DNA of 61,950 nt, taken from positions 39,482,842 to 39,544,791 of the forward strand of contig NC_068981.1 in NCBI RefSeq assembly GCF_001194135.2, written 5' to 3'. Shown here piece by piece: positions 38,138 to 50,700 of this stretch. The position numbers and the translations under genes are program-made. The notes under the pieces are model-generated. The model ran no database searches and was not told the DNA's origin. It saw nothing but the letters and a program-made list of their open reading frames with translations. How positions within the stretch are numbered: the first letter of the stretch is position 1; the number at the start of each line of letters is the position of its first letter. Origin of the DNA: Octopus bimaculoides (Eukaryota).

Positions 38138-38766
38138 CGAGGGGAAATTCAAAAATTATCCGCATAACTTGCCATAACTTGCCTTTATTATTGTCACACT
38201 CCCTTTTGTGCAAGTGTGCTTATAATCGATACTTTTGTGGTTACGTGATCGAAGTTTGAGTCTGATCGCGCCATTTTACTTTCTGGTTTTACAGTATGAA
38301 CATGACCGCTCTACTAGCAATGTGCGTCAAAGAAGAACAAAGGGCAGTGATCCGAGAGACGGTAATGGTGAATCTGTTCATCACTACCATCTCTCGAGGT
38401 TACTGAATCTTCTCGTCAGTGGTGGAGGTTGATAGGCGCCCTTCTCCCTCTCCGTGCGTCACCTTTCTCCTGCCACTTTTAAACTTCTACGTGGTAGTGC
38501 CCTATCCCTTTCATTGTGCTAAAAGATTCTGATGAACTTCAGCATCTGAAACATCTCCCAACCAAAGAAATCGGATTACTGCTCTTTGTCCTTCTTTGGT
38601 GCACATTGCTAGTGTAAAGCCAGAAAGAAAAAGGGTGCGATCAAGCTCAAACTTCGATCACATGACCACAATAATACCAACTATAAGCGCGCATGCGCAG
38701 AAGACAGTGTGACAATAATAAAGAAATGTTATGGCGAAAGTGCGGATAATTCTTGACATCCGCTCA
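38138..38766. mobile_element. Non-autonomous mariner derivative built from two inverted 5' ends
   Basis: TA-flanked TIRs (cgaggggaaattcaaaaattatccgca / tgcggataattcttgacatccgctca). Plus strand encodes LAMCVKEEQRAVIR; minus strand encodes LAMCTKEGQRAVIRFLW..GRLSTSTTDEKI. Junction at about 38355. Confidence 0.85.
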
Positions 38767-41028
38767 TACATGGTATATATAAAGCTACAGCAATGAGAAA
38801 ATCAGGACTGGGTCTAAATGGTAATTATGTCGAATAACTATTTATTAGCTCAACCCATATGATGCAGTGTGATAAGTAAGTTTTCGTTGTAAATATTAAA
38901 CTCATTTAGACAGTTTTACACAGTTTTACAGATAGGACTGAAAATACACGCTGGAAACTGAAAAATAAAGTTTCAACCAATGTTTATTGAGCTAAGATTC
39001 GGGTGCAATATATCATTTATAGGTCTTTTATAAGTAAAATCTTAAAAATAGCAACTAATAGAAAATAGTTTTGTCAATATTGTCACGTTTACTTCACACA
39101 TGTACGAATTTGGAAATGTCAAAATTATTATTAAACTAGTGCAATAATATTCCTTTGCCTCTCACTTAGATATAATTAAATATTTTACTCTCAATAGAAG
39201 CTCCATACATTTTATTTGAAAAACATGCACGTATGGAGACAGTGCAATCAATATGAAATGGCACTTTTACTAATTAGTCGTCAAATTAAAAGCCTGATTT
39301 TATAGTCGTGAAATATTATTAGGACAATGCCTTATAAATTTGTTATTAGCTAAATGGAATTCTTTCAAAGACATACTTTAAGGAAGCTTCTGTGAAAATA
39401 TTTCTCTTCAGATTCACGAAGAAAGTATCAAAATCTTTTCACAATAATTATAGTAACGTTTCTATGTAGCGATTAGAATATTCATTTTAGTTAGTTTGCT
39501 ATTATTAAGTAATATCTATCGTGTACTTAAAATTAATAACCTATCTGTGGTCCATCTATATGCCCATTAGCTTTTCAATTAATATCTTTTGTGCAGTTTC
39601 TAATGTTATTTCTTTGACTCCCTTATTTTGATAGCTTGTCTTTTCTCAGTGCAATTTTCCTCTGCTTCATATGATACTACCTTTCATTATTATTGAAAAC
39701 TGTTGCATTATGAGAACTTCCATTTTTTTTTCGAAAACATTTTTCGTTTATAGCACTGATTGGTCTACATAATAGCTTCTCTTTCAGTGTGTTGTTATCA
39801 GATTTTTTAAACTGCCCCCTCCCATTCCCCCATTTTGCTTTCCGTCTACATTCATATGTTGTATATTTCGTTTCTCGTCTGTTTTCAAGAGCCCAGTCTC
39901 TCTGTATCTCTCTATTTCTATTTCCTTTACGACTTTCTAATTCATCCTTTCTTTCTCTGTTAATTTGTATGTTCTTTATATTCCATTCCGTTCATGCTTT
40001 GTCAACATATCATCTCATGATTTCCCTATCCTATCGCATAGCTTGTATTAACTTTTGGTTTCTTTTATTATTTGTGATCCAAATATGCCTTGGCAGCTAT
40101 CATTTTCCGTTGCATTCCTGCAATTATATAATTCTCAACGTGTTATTAGATACACTGAAATAATGTGTAATTGTGCCAAGGTATGCTTTTAATGAAATAT
40201 AAAAATACGAGACATATCTACGGCTGTCAAACAGTAAACGGTAGTCTCTGACAGCATCTTAACTACTTCTCAACATGCGCACAAACACAATACTCCTTCC
40301 CGCTCTACTATACACACATTCTCATACACACAGATCTTTAATTCATCTCTTACCACGTTTTCGTTATAACCAATTAGTACTGTAGAGATTAATTCTACCT
40401 TTAATGGCAAGATACTTTAGAAATGGTAAATTAAAATTAGTAAAAAGAAATTAAAATACAAATAATATGTAATGTTAATATTTTCAAAATTTGTAAGTTA
40501 ACACGAACTCTGTATTGGAATAGATATAACACAGGTGTGATTTTGATGTAATTAAGTCTTGTTTAATAAGAATAAATGTAAAATGTGATCAATGCACCAT
40601 ATCGATTTTTCTTGTTAAGGAGAACAATCAGTAGTTTGTTTCTGAAATTGTTTAAAAGTTGATATTCTATATCAGTTCGAATTTCATCTGGTTCTTCGTA
40701 TCGCAAGGCAATAAAAAAGTCAATACTAAACCGTTTTTCAATCTGAAGTGTGACTCCCTCCTTTTACCTAGTTGTGTCTAATTATATATTCTCTTTATAC
40801 CATTTTGCTACATTGAAACACGTGACCACTGCAACTCACAGTTACCTTTACCACTCAAATCAACATTTACTACTTATACAGCATATAGCTTATCATAGTT
40901 TTTCTTGCATTTGTGCATCGATGATAAGAGCTTGCTAGCATATTATTTACTCTGGCATATTTCACGTAAATTCATTGTTTATGCTCTTGCTGTGTTGTTT
41001 TCAGACATTAATGTCTTCCCATTGTCAA

Positions 41029-41035
<7 letters not shown>

Positions 41036-41101
<66 letters not shown>

Positions 41102-41143
41102 CTATCCATCTATCTATCTATCTCTCTATCTCTATCTCTCTCT
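41036..41143. repeat. (CT)n + (CTAT)n microsatellite
   Basis: Directly visible. Confidence 0.95.
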
Positions 41144-42138
41144 CAAACAAAGAATAGATGAATACACAACGAATTAGTGGTCATATTTTCTGACCAGTGT
41201 AGTCCAGCATAACACGGGTTGGTTATAAGAAATGCATAGCTCCAGCGTGTAATAAGCGGGCAAAAGATGGTTAGCAGTAATTCTTTTGTCTGAGATGTGA
41301 CATATGCATATTCACATTACAAGATGAAAGATACCATTACAGCTGTTTCAAAGATTCGACGTAGCATTGATGTTATAATGTATATCATGCAAACAGGTGT
41401 ATAAGAGGCAATAATGCACAGCAAATAAAAAAAAATAATGTGTTCAACTTGCATAAAAGGTGATACGGGGACTATCTTCAAGCTAAAAAACATGAAATAG
41501 TTTCATCGGAAGGAAGAGTACATGAAAGAAAGAGAACGTGACCACATTGGAATAATTCTCGAGCACTTAATATTCCCATACCTTTCGCAGTTGCTTTTGG
41601 GTGCTCCAATTTTTGTACGAGGAATTGCGCAAGGTTGAATAGTGGAGTGCTCCAACTAATCTTGGTAGTTTCCTTTCCGTGTGTGAGTGGGTACTGCGTT
41701 TTACATGCTTTCTAAATTCGTATCTCTTAATTTAGTTATTAAGAGATTATGATATTCACATAATATTTCATATGTTATTAAAGATTTAATCCGTCTATTC
41801 TATGACATCCTCATCTTTGATGAGCTCTATCCTTTGTTCAGTTCTATATGTGTAATGTAAACTCCATTGTTTTTCTGTACATTATTGTGTTTTCGAGTCT
41901 TTATAGCTAATAATGAGCTCATTAATCGAGTATAGCTCATGAAAAACTGTTGCATTTAGTTTTGAAATTTACGCCATTATGGAAAACGAATTGTTTGGAG
42001 TTAACTGGTGAGTTTGTTTTCGTACATTAACCTCTATTTAGTGAGACATCTCTATTTCACTTTGTTTCTCTAATGGAAAATTTTGTTCTTTCCCTCCATG
42101 GAGAAGACGACACACTGAAGCTTGTTTAAGAGAGGTAG

Positions 42139-43150
42139 GTGGGAAAGAGTGAGGAACGTTATCAGAACGCAGTGAAAGAGTGCGTAAGCGGAACGAGTTA
42201 TGTCACCGCTTTAAGAACAGAAAGCGTAAATGTCATCAACAATTTCGAAGATAAAGAGAAAATGGAAAATTTTAACAATGAAAATACTGACGTCACTAAC
42301 AACAACAATAAGAACAACAGCAAAGACAATAGCCGCAAATTTGAAGACGAATTCAAAAGGAAAACGTTTCTCAAAGGAAACATTGAAGCCCCCCACCAAC
42401 AGCAGCTACATCCGCAACAACTACAAAAACAACATATTTCAAGACAACAAAATATGAAAATTTTTAACAAAAAAAGCAATGACTCCATTGACCAACAACA
42501 AGAAGAAAACCAGCAACACATTTTCATCAAAATTATTCGACAGAGACGGGTAGAACACTTTTTCGACTATGATTTTGTGAAAGATTTCAGAAAATGCTTG
42601 GTGAAACCTAATCTCCTTACTCTAGCACCAAGCGAAAAAGGTCACATCACACAAAAAAATTGTGGTTTATATACTGCTTAACATGAAGGCTAAAAGGATT
42701 AAAACTCTGACCCCAGCACAGGCTGAAAAATACCTGAAAATGCCTGAAAGATGTCTGGAGTTTGGATTTCCAGTAGCAATGTGCCATAGTGAAGAAACTA
42801 GAAAAAAATGGCTTTACACACATGCTCTTCAGAACATACTTTAATTTCATCCTACATGGAAGACGAGTGAATAAAGTTACATTTACGAATATGACAGCAT
42901 GACTTAACATCCAGTATTTCGGGATGACACTGGATGAATATGGTTATATATTCATCATGAAATCCACGCCGAACGAAAACCGGTCAATGATCAGGATGGA
43001 GGTGGAAATACTGCTCACAGTAGAACTTTAACAATATCTCTGATATCGTTTACATAGAAGGCTAGAGCCCAGAAAAGTGGTGATAGAGGGGACAAAGGCA
43101 AAATGTTATGCCTGTGAAATAACCACCCATTTAAAAGGCTTTCTGCCACC
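42139..43150 (+). pseudogene. ORF1 (gag-like, Zn knuckle) of a Tx1/L1-like non-LTR retrotransposon, decayed
   Basis: 180-aa open N-terminal part (N/Q-rich, then VKPNLLTLAP), frameshifted continuation, ending KVVIEGTKAKCYACEITTHLKGFLP (degenerate CCHC knuckle). Clade assignment is inferred. Confidence 0.65.
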
Positions 43151-43309
43151 AGCTAAAGAAACCTAAATGACCACTGTGGTTAGCACCAAATTTACACCAG
43201 CACATATAGATCAATTGAGGACACCTACACGAAGATCCGTGTAACGACCGCATCCATAGTGAAGATATCCTTGCCACTCTCCTTTAACAGGGCAAGCAAA
43301 GTAGTTTTC

Positions 43310-44140
43310 CTTTGTCCTGGTATTTCTCAATATTTTCCATTTCTTTGGTATAGAGAATTGCAAAATCTATGATCTCGTACTATCTATTTATTTCGTCTCT
43401 TTAACAATGCCTGGTCTTCTTATTTAAATAGTATGGTCAGTCTAGTATGGTCCCACAAGAATTTTGTAATTCTCATTTTCTAGCACAGCTTTTGGTAGGT
43501 GTTCATACCACTTTACTGTTGTTTAGAAGCCACACACTCGGCTAACATCCCACTTCGCTCTTTTGCCTATACAGTCATGTCTGCGCTTATACTCCTTCTG
43601 TGCTAGTATCTAGCAATCACTCAAAAGAGTGATTGATACTTTCATCTCCTTTCCTGTAGATTCTACATTTGGTGTTTGACTGAGGTTTGTTGATTTTTGC
43701 CTTTATCAGACTTGTTTTAGCTTACTCCTGAAAGCTATAATTAGTTGTTGTTTTTTTTGTCACCCGTTTCAAGTCCTGTCCGTCAACCAAAGCCAGCTGT
43801 CTTTACTTCCAACATTTTTGGTTTGTTGCATGAGCTGGTCATGCAAATTTCATTTTCCATTTGTTTATTCTGTTGTTCTTCCTTTTCTCTTTATGTTCTC
43901 CTACTTTCAGTCTCTTTTTGGGTATCCCTGGCTGTCCATAATACTTTCAGACCCAGTACGTAATATTAAAAGTGTCTTCTGCATTTAGTAATCCTCTGCC
44001 TCCTTCCTTTCTTGGTCGGTATTGCTTTTAGGGTGGAGTGCGTTGTGCATTGTGAGCAGCTTCCTAGTTTTTCTATTCAAGTTCTGTAGCTCGACTTTCA
44101 AAAAATGAGCTGAGTGTCTCAATATGGGCATAGCCCAAAT
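43310..44140 (-). mobile_element. R4/Dong-clade retrotransposon fragment (different subfamily)
   Basis: KTRKLLTMHNALHPKS, PRKEGGRGLLNAED, KWYEHLPKAVLENENYKIL, RRPGIV, ENIEKYQD. Confidence 0.8.
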
Positions 44141-44159
44141 TAGAAAGAATTAGTAGTAG

Positions 44160-44245
44160 AAACTGCTGCATCTGCAACAGTGGCGGCGGCGGTGGCGGCC
44201 GTGGCAGCAGCAGCAATAGCAGCAACATAAGCTGCAGTAGTTGCA
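44160..44245. repeat. Degenerate GC-rich trinucleotide tract (GCA/GGC)
   Basis: gtggcggcggcggtggcggccgtggcagcagcagcaatagcagc. Confidence 0.75.
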
Positions 44246-44857
44246 CCACCAAAATCTATAACATCATAAACATGAATGAGGGAAGATGTATAAAAATAAA
44301 TCCGTTAAAATACAGGAAATATTTATGAGGAGGAAAGGAATTTTATGCCCTTCCAATAAAATGTGAATATGAACGTCACTGTAACTGTTGAGAGAAATAA
44401 CAAGGTGTGCATTCGATGTTCGTCTTCGTATAATTATAGTGTTTGCTGTTGTTGGGAGGAGAAAGGGCCAGTTTAGTCTAACTTCAAATAGAATTCATTT
44501 TACATAGGAAAAGCAGTTATAGTTATACAGAATAATAAATTACATAAATACAATAGTAGAAATAGAACGAACGTCTAGAATATTAATTCTTTCTGGATTA
44601 TCCTCAGGGCATTTTTTAAATATTTTTTCTCACTTTCAGCTTCCAAACTGTAAGGTAGATTAACACATAATTTATGTTGAATGCCTTTGCTTACAAAAAT
44701 TACTTATTGATTCAGACAAGATATCTTAACATAAACAAACATACTAATGTAGGGAATGTATGCAGGGAATGTATGCTTGCTTGTTTTTTTAATGCTTCTT
44801 TATGTATGCTTTATTAGTATAATTGATACCTATCTGTATACACTATACACACACACA

Positions 44858-44891
<34 letters not shown>

Positions 44892-46324
44892 TATATATAC
44901 ACACAGATATGTATGATTGTATGTATGTGTGTATGTATGTATATATGAATGTATGTATGCATTATTTTGCGTTATATTTTCATATTTTGCATTCATGTGT
45001 TTCTAGAGCAAATCGCAATTTATCTTTTGATCATCACATTGTTGTGTCTTAGGAAACTGATCTACCGGATTTTCCGATAGAGTATCTCGAATTGAAATTT
45101 TTTTGTTTGTTATTGCTGTTGTTTAACTCCTGATCTATGATGAAATACATTTAAGATGTTATCGTCTCATTCAAAAGTAAGTAGAACTACATTATCCCAT
45201 AGACCGTTCTTTTGTTAAAAACGGCAATATGTGACATGAAGGAAATTTTATTAATATTTCTAGCAGGTCGAGCAGGTTTTGCTCGTTCTAGGTTATCATT
45301 TGTGCGATTACAGTAGCATAATTGTTTATTAAGCAGTAGCAAACACCTTTAATACAACATCGTAGCTTCAATACTTTAAACTTCAGTATTATTTGACAAA
45401 TTCCAGCCTAATATATCAAATTTCACATAAAAAATGTAGTATAGTTATCGTATATTGTTATCGTGCTCAAGTGCATGCAGAAGGCTTGACATATAATTGT
45501 AAGTACTGTGTTTAAGCACACAAGTATTGTAGCTTTATATTGTATGTGTGTTTTATAGTTTGTTTTGCGGAGTAATTCAGCTCGTAATGATGTTAAAGTT
45601 CGAACAGAAGGTAGTTGCTTAGGCTTGAGTAGCCTTGCCATCAGTTTATGTGCAATTCTTTGACCTGGTATACCGAATATATTACGTTTGTATAAGGTAG
45701 AAATTTATCTGGTACACTGTCTGATGCTTGGTTTTGACGTAGTGCTGTAAATTAATTTGTAATCCATTTTGGATGTCCTATGAATCTAGGTTAGTATATA
45801 AGTCGAGATTAGAGAGGATAGCGATGATGTATTTGTTCGTATGTGGATTTGTTTTTCCCTTTGTGCAAATTATACTAAAGAAATATTAATTTCCTACGTT
45901 ATTAATACAAAATTGGATGCTTTGAGGTAGGAGTGTTAATCCACGATAATACATGTTTTACCATCAAGAGATGAAAAGCAACGTCGATCCCAGAGTGATT
46001 TGAACTCATAGTATAGCGGAAATGACCAAAAACTGAACATTCCAAAGAATATTAGTTTCAGTATACTGTTAAAGCAGTTGCGTGTTAAAATATTTTTGCA
46101 TTATATGGAGATATTTGCGAAAAATCATTGTTTCCAAAGTTGTTTGTGGTTTATAAGAAAGTAGTGAGTGTCTAATAGAAATCGATTAGCCCATGGCAAA
46201 TAGAATATATTGGTATCAGAATTCTTATGTTGTCTGTTAAAAATTCATCTATTTCATTTTACCACCATTCAAATGCGAATTTAGTTATTAAATTTTTGGA
46301 AATTATATTACGACTACTGAATAA

Positions 46325-46540
46325 TATTGGTTTCGAATTTTGGCACAAGGTCAGCAACTTCGGATGAGGGCGACGCGATTACATCGACCACAGTACGCAA
46401 ACGGTAATTATTTCATCGACCCTGAAAGCATGAAAAGTAAAGTCGATCTTAGCAGAATTTGAATCCAGAATATGAAGACGGACGAAATGCCGGTAAGTAT
46501 TTTGCCCAGCGTGCTGATGCTTCTACCATCTCGCTGCCTT
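46325..46540 (-). mobile_element. SINE family B
   Basis: Collinear with 33008-33219. Confidence 0.82.
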
Positions 46541-47981
46541 ACACCCGCCTAGTAATATTGAAAGTAGCTTTCAAAAGTAAGATGTAACAAAAAAAAATAG
46601 AATGATTGATCATATTTAGACTACAAGTTATAGAGAATATAGGTATCAGTTTTATGTTTCTGAGTTTAATTTTACCAAGTCTAAATGGGATTTTGATCCC
46701 TTCGATGTTTCTCAACTCAGCTACACTAAGTACTAAGGTTATTATAATCATCTAATTTACTTTCAGCTTTGAACGTAATTAAAGATCAATTACTAGATCA
46801 ATGATTTTCCGATTGCAAAAAGTACCGTCCATCGTTCCGTTCAGGATTTCATAGAAAAATACAGGTAAAAATTAAAACAGTATTATATGTAATATACTTA
46901 TAAATATCAAGAACCACAGATAGCTGAGACGATATACTATGAGTCAAAGTGTATATGATATTTCGTGCCAAGTCAACTCTACTGCGATGTGCAACGACTA
47001 AGATATTTACACTTAATGCCTCTTGCCCTTTATTATAACTATTTACAGTTTTTTTTTTTTGAGTAGTGCAACGTGTTAATCTTTCGTTACTTTGCAGCGC
47101 TGAACTCAACTATATTAATGGAAACAACGTAGGAAGGAAGAGCCTCTGCCGAAGCCATCAATGAGTTCCTATGACCCGATATGTTACAAGACTCACCTAT
47201 TCTGAAACATTATTATATAAAACATTTATATTCTGCTCTATATCACCAAATTTCAGATAATTGAAGCTGCGTGACAAAGAGCACGTAAAATGTACTTCAC
47301 AAGATTAGTATTTAACGCAACTCACGAACAAGCCATGTGACAATTGAAATTAATTAAATTTATAGCTAAACTGTGGCATACAGAAAAAAAATTCAATGTG
47401 AAATTATTCCTGGTAATTCTATAAGTAATGCTTTTATACATGAGGATACAATGTGAGAGTGTGACATCAGAGATGAGTATTAAATGTGTTTGAAGTTGTT
47501 GTCAATACGATTGATACTACAACGTTGTCAATGCAAATGGATTGTTGAGGAATTTTATTGATAAGTTTCTTATAAAATCAAAGACGTGCGTGGTTTGCGG
47601 CTATCACCACTAGTGTGATCTAGGGTCTTTGTATGTTCACTTGAAAGAAAATCAAGTGATATATGATAAATAGACAACCATAATCAAGCTGTGCCTATCT
47701 CGGCAGTAGTTGCAATCATATACTATTTCTTTCTTTTTGTATTTCAGGAACAGCATTTCCTTATTTAAAGATGCGATGTGGAGGCTATTGGCTTTTCACC
47801 AAGAAAACAACTAGCTAGAGGTGAAACGAGATAAGATATATGATGATGGATAGATACATGAATAACAAATACTTTCTTAAAGATCAATTGAAACAGGGAT
47901 GCAAAATAGTTGAGTACCTATAAGTCTATATGTTTGTATATGTGTAACAGCGAGTATGTCAGAGTAGTTGAGCGTATCTTT

Positions 47982-47985
<4 letters not shown>

Positions 47986-48059
<74 letters not shown>
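47986..48059. repeat. (CA)n microsatellite
   Basis: Directly visible. Confidence 0.95.
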
Positions 48060-48061
<2 letters not shown>

Positions 48062-48693
48062 ATCACATGTTATATAGGTGAAATGGGCTGGATGAGTTGT
48101 AATTCTGAATTTAAGAGTAATGTTAATTCCTTAAAGAGGCAGTTGTTTCTTTTTTTTTCATAGTAGTATAAATGAGATTAAGTGATATACATGACTTTCT
48201 CAAAGATATTACTAATCTAAATAAAAGGAAATGAGTGCAACTAGAAATTAATGCTTGTCAAGAAAATTGCCTTTGCTGTCGGAAGTAGGAACGAATAAAG
48301 TAATTTCGGAATAAAACAGGTTTTTAGTAAGTATGGGAAGCGAAAAATGTCAGCGAAACGAAGTTAATTCAAAGTTACATGAGTAATAATTTCTGTGAGG
48401 AAGTTTTGAATTTCTTATTAAAAATAGATTTTCACAAAAGCCTTTTGTGAGATAGTTAAAGAAAAAGTTGCTGACGTATGAGGTAGTCTAACTCTGACTT
48501 GGAATCATAGGTATATTTTACGTTAACTACAGGTCTACTTTAATTCACAAGCACACATTCACATACATACCTACACATAGAGCATACGCATACACAACTG
48601 CGGACACATATATCCTATATGAGTATGTATGAGTGAATATTATTAAAACAGCGAGTGTGCTCAGTTTTATTTTAAAGTTTTCTCGAATTCTAT

Positions 48694-48738
48694 CATATTT
48701 TATATTTTATATTTTATATTTTATATTTTATATTTTAT
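48694..48738. repeat. (TATATTT)n heptamer repeat
   Basis: About 6 units, directly visible. Confidence 0.9.
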
Positions 48739-49116
48739 TAGCAATGCGTCCCAGCGTTTCCCGGTTGTTATGATCGACAGCCATATTGTATCATTTGTTC
48801 CTTTCTTATGGGCAGAATTGGCTCAGCTGATATATTAGTGAACAGGATTACTGGCTTAATGGAAGCTATTGTTTGTCTAAAAGTTAAGTGGGGGAGGGCA
48901 TCATTTGCATGGCTTTGCATTAAAGCGCTTTCTGTTCTTAAGAAGGATCATAAACTAAGTACTGTTTCATTGTATAAACAGGGGTTAATACGATTTTGCC
49001 CAGAAATCACGTTTTCAAAATTTTAATTTCCCCCCGTCCCCATCGCAATTTCTTAATTTGTAACTTTTTTATGAAGTTTTTTTTTAATACGCGTAGAAAA
49101 ATAGATTACGAATCTG

Positions 49117-49150
<34 letters not shown>

Positions 49151-49760
49151 TAAAGTTTTTTTGAAAGAAACACCCAATGCTCTTTCCCCCACCTACACCC
49201 ATCATCTACCCGCTTCCAAAAAGCTAAAACCTCCCAATGTTTCACTTTCGTCTGTTTCACGCATGCGTAGAATTGTACTGAATTAGCAGACGTAAAAAAT
49301 ACCAGACTATCACCAGAAAACCCGACATGTTAGAAACAACAGGTAAACGACATTATGTCTTAAGAAACTTCCCGGCCTTCCAAAAAACTAAAAGTGAAAC
49401 ACTGGGAGGTTGTAGCTTTTTGAAAGTGGTGAGATGATGGGTGGATGTTTGGGAAGTAGATTTTAGTGTTTCTTTAAGAAAAAAAGGAAGAAGAAAATTC
49501 TTAAAGATTCGTACTCCCCGATTTCTTCTCCATGGATTACCAAGAAAAGTATTTGAATAAAAGTAAAAATGAAGAAATTGGGGTAGAAAATTAAGATATT
49601 GAGAACGTGTTCTTTGGGGACGAAATCCTAGTCTCCTGTATCGAAAACATTGGAATCGGAAGAAGTTTAAGAAAACAAAAAAGCATGGGGTAGCGCAAAT
49701 GTCACCTTGGACATACTAGAAACAACAGGTAAAGGACAGAAGTTCTAGGAAAGCATACCT
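48738..49760. mobile_element. Repeat with a long internal imperfect palindrome; start resembles a non-autonomous Helitron end
   Basis: Arms about 48895-49250 and 49390-49710; core 49210-49248 vs 49391-49429 matches 35/39. Begins ttagcaatgcgtcccagcgtttcccgg. The Helitron label is inference only. Confidence 0.55.
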
Positions 49761-49921
49761 TTAAGTGTATATCGAAGATGAGGTTTTTAAATACGCTCAT
49801 CACAAACACAAATTACAGAATAGAAAAAGGTTATTCCAATCGGATTTGAGCTGTAATTTTGCGCGTGCACACAGCAAGAAATAACATGATCCATACAGAA
49901 GTTTTACCTAGAGAGAGAGAG

Positions 49922-49959
<38 letters not shown>

Positions 49960-50203
49960 TGTGTGTGAAATGAAGTTATTTTATGGCATTCTTTCGTCTG
50001 AAGCAAGAAAGTTGTCAACTCGATTATATGCGATCATACGATTGTTCGTTAATTTCCGTTATTTTTTGTTTTATTTCTTTATTCTTTGAAGGGAGCACAA
50101 ACTGAAAAAGAGGAAAAGTGAAAAGGTGACATGTGCTTTAAAGTGAGAGCAGAGAATGAAAGATGTATGTACGCGTATATAAAATGAAAGCGTGTATGCG
50201 TGT

Positions 50204-50236
<33 letters not shown>

Positions 50237-50519
50237 AGCGACAGACAGAAAGAAAGTGAGAGAAGGTGTGTGTTGTCATGTATGTATTTTTTGCATACAA
50301 ATTATCTTTCATATACACGTACATAAACGCATATGCATACATCTATTTTTGCATGCATGCTTGCGTGTGCATGTGAGAAAGAGAGAATGAGTGACTGTAT
50401 TTCCTGATAACATATAGAGAAATTGGTGTCTTTTAATGAAATTTTTTTGGTTGTGGCTTATTTTAATATAATATTTATGTGGACATTTTCCTAAACGTTT
50501 GTCTGAGTAGAATTCTACG

Positions 50520-50700
50520 CATGCGTGAAACATCGGACGAAGGTGATTAGAAGCAAATCGAAATATTACCCGAAAATGACCTCAAAACTGTGCGTCTCGA
50601 CCTCGTTTCCGAGATTATTTTAGTAGTAAAAATTTGTTGTGCCGAAAATATAGGTTATTTGGTAGTTTTTATACTAGGTCATCCCATAAATAATGCGGTT
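50520..50700 (+). mobile_element. Mariner fragment plus solo TIR-like sequence
   Basis: TSDEGD*KQIEILPEND (post-HTH region); tactaggtcatcccataaataatgcgg at about 50672. Confidence 0.4.

Noticed and set aside
39789-40163. 124-aa hydrophobic ORF
   Set aside because: Pyrimidine-rich low-complexity DNA, non-ATG start, no motif.
41590-41715. Open frames with splice-like signals on both strands
   Set aside because: Several incompatible readings are equally plausible; cannot support any one.
47746-47820. Strong plus-strand acceptor and donor with an in-frame TAG that A-to-I editing could turn into Trp
   Set aside because: All three frames are closed and nothing in the sequence supports editing; could be non-coding or chance.
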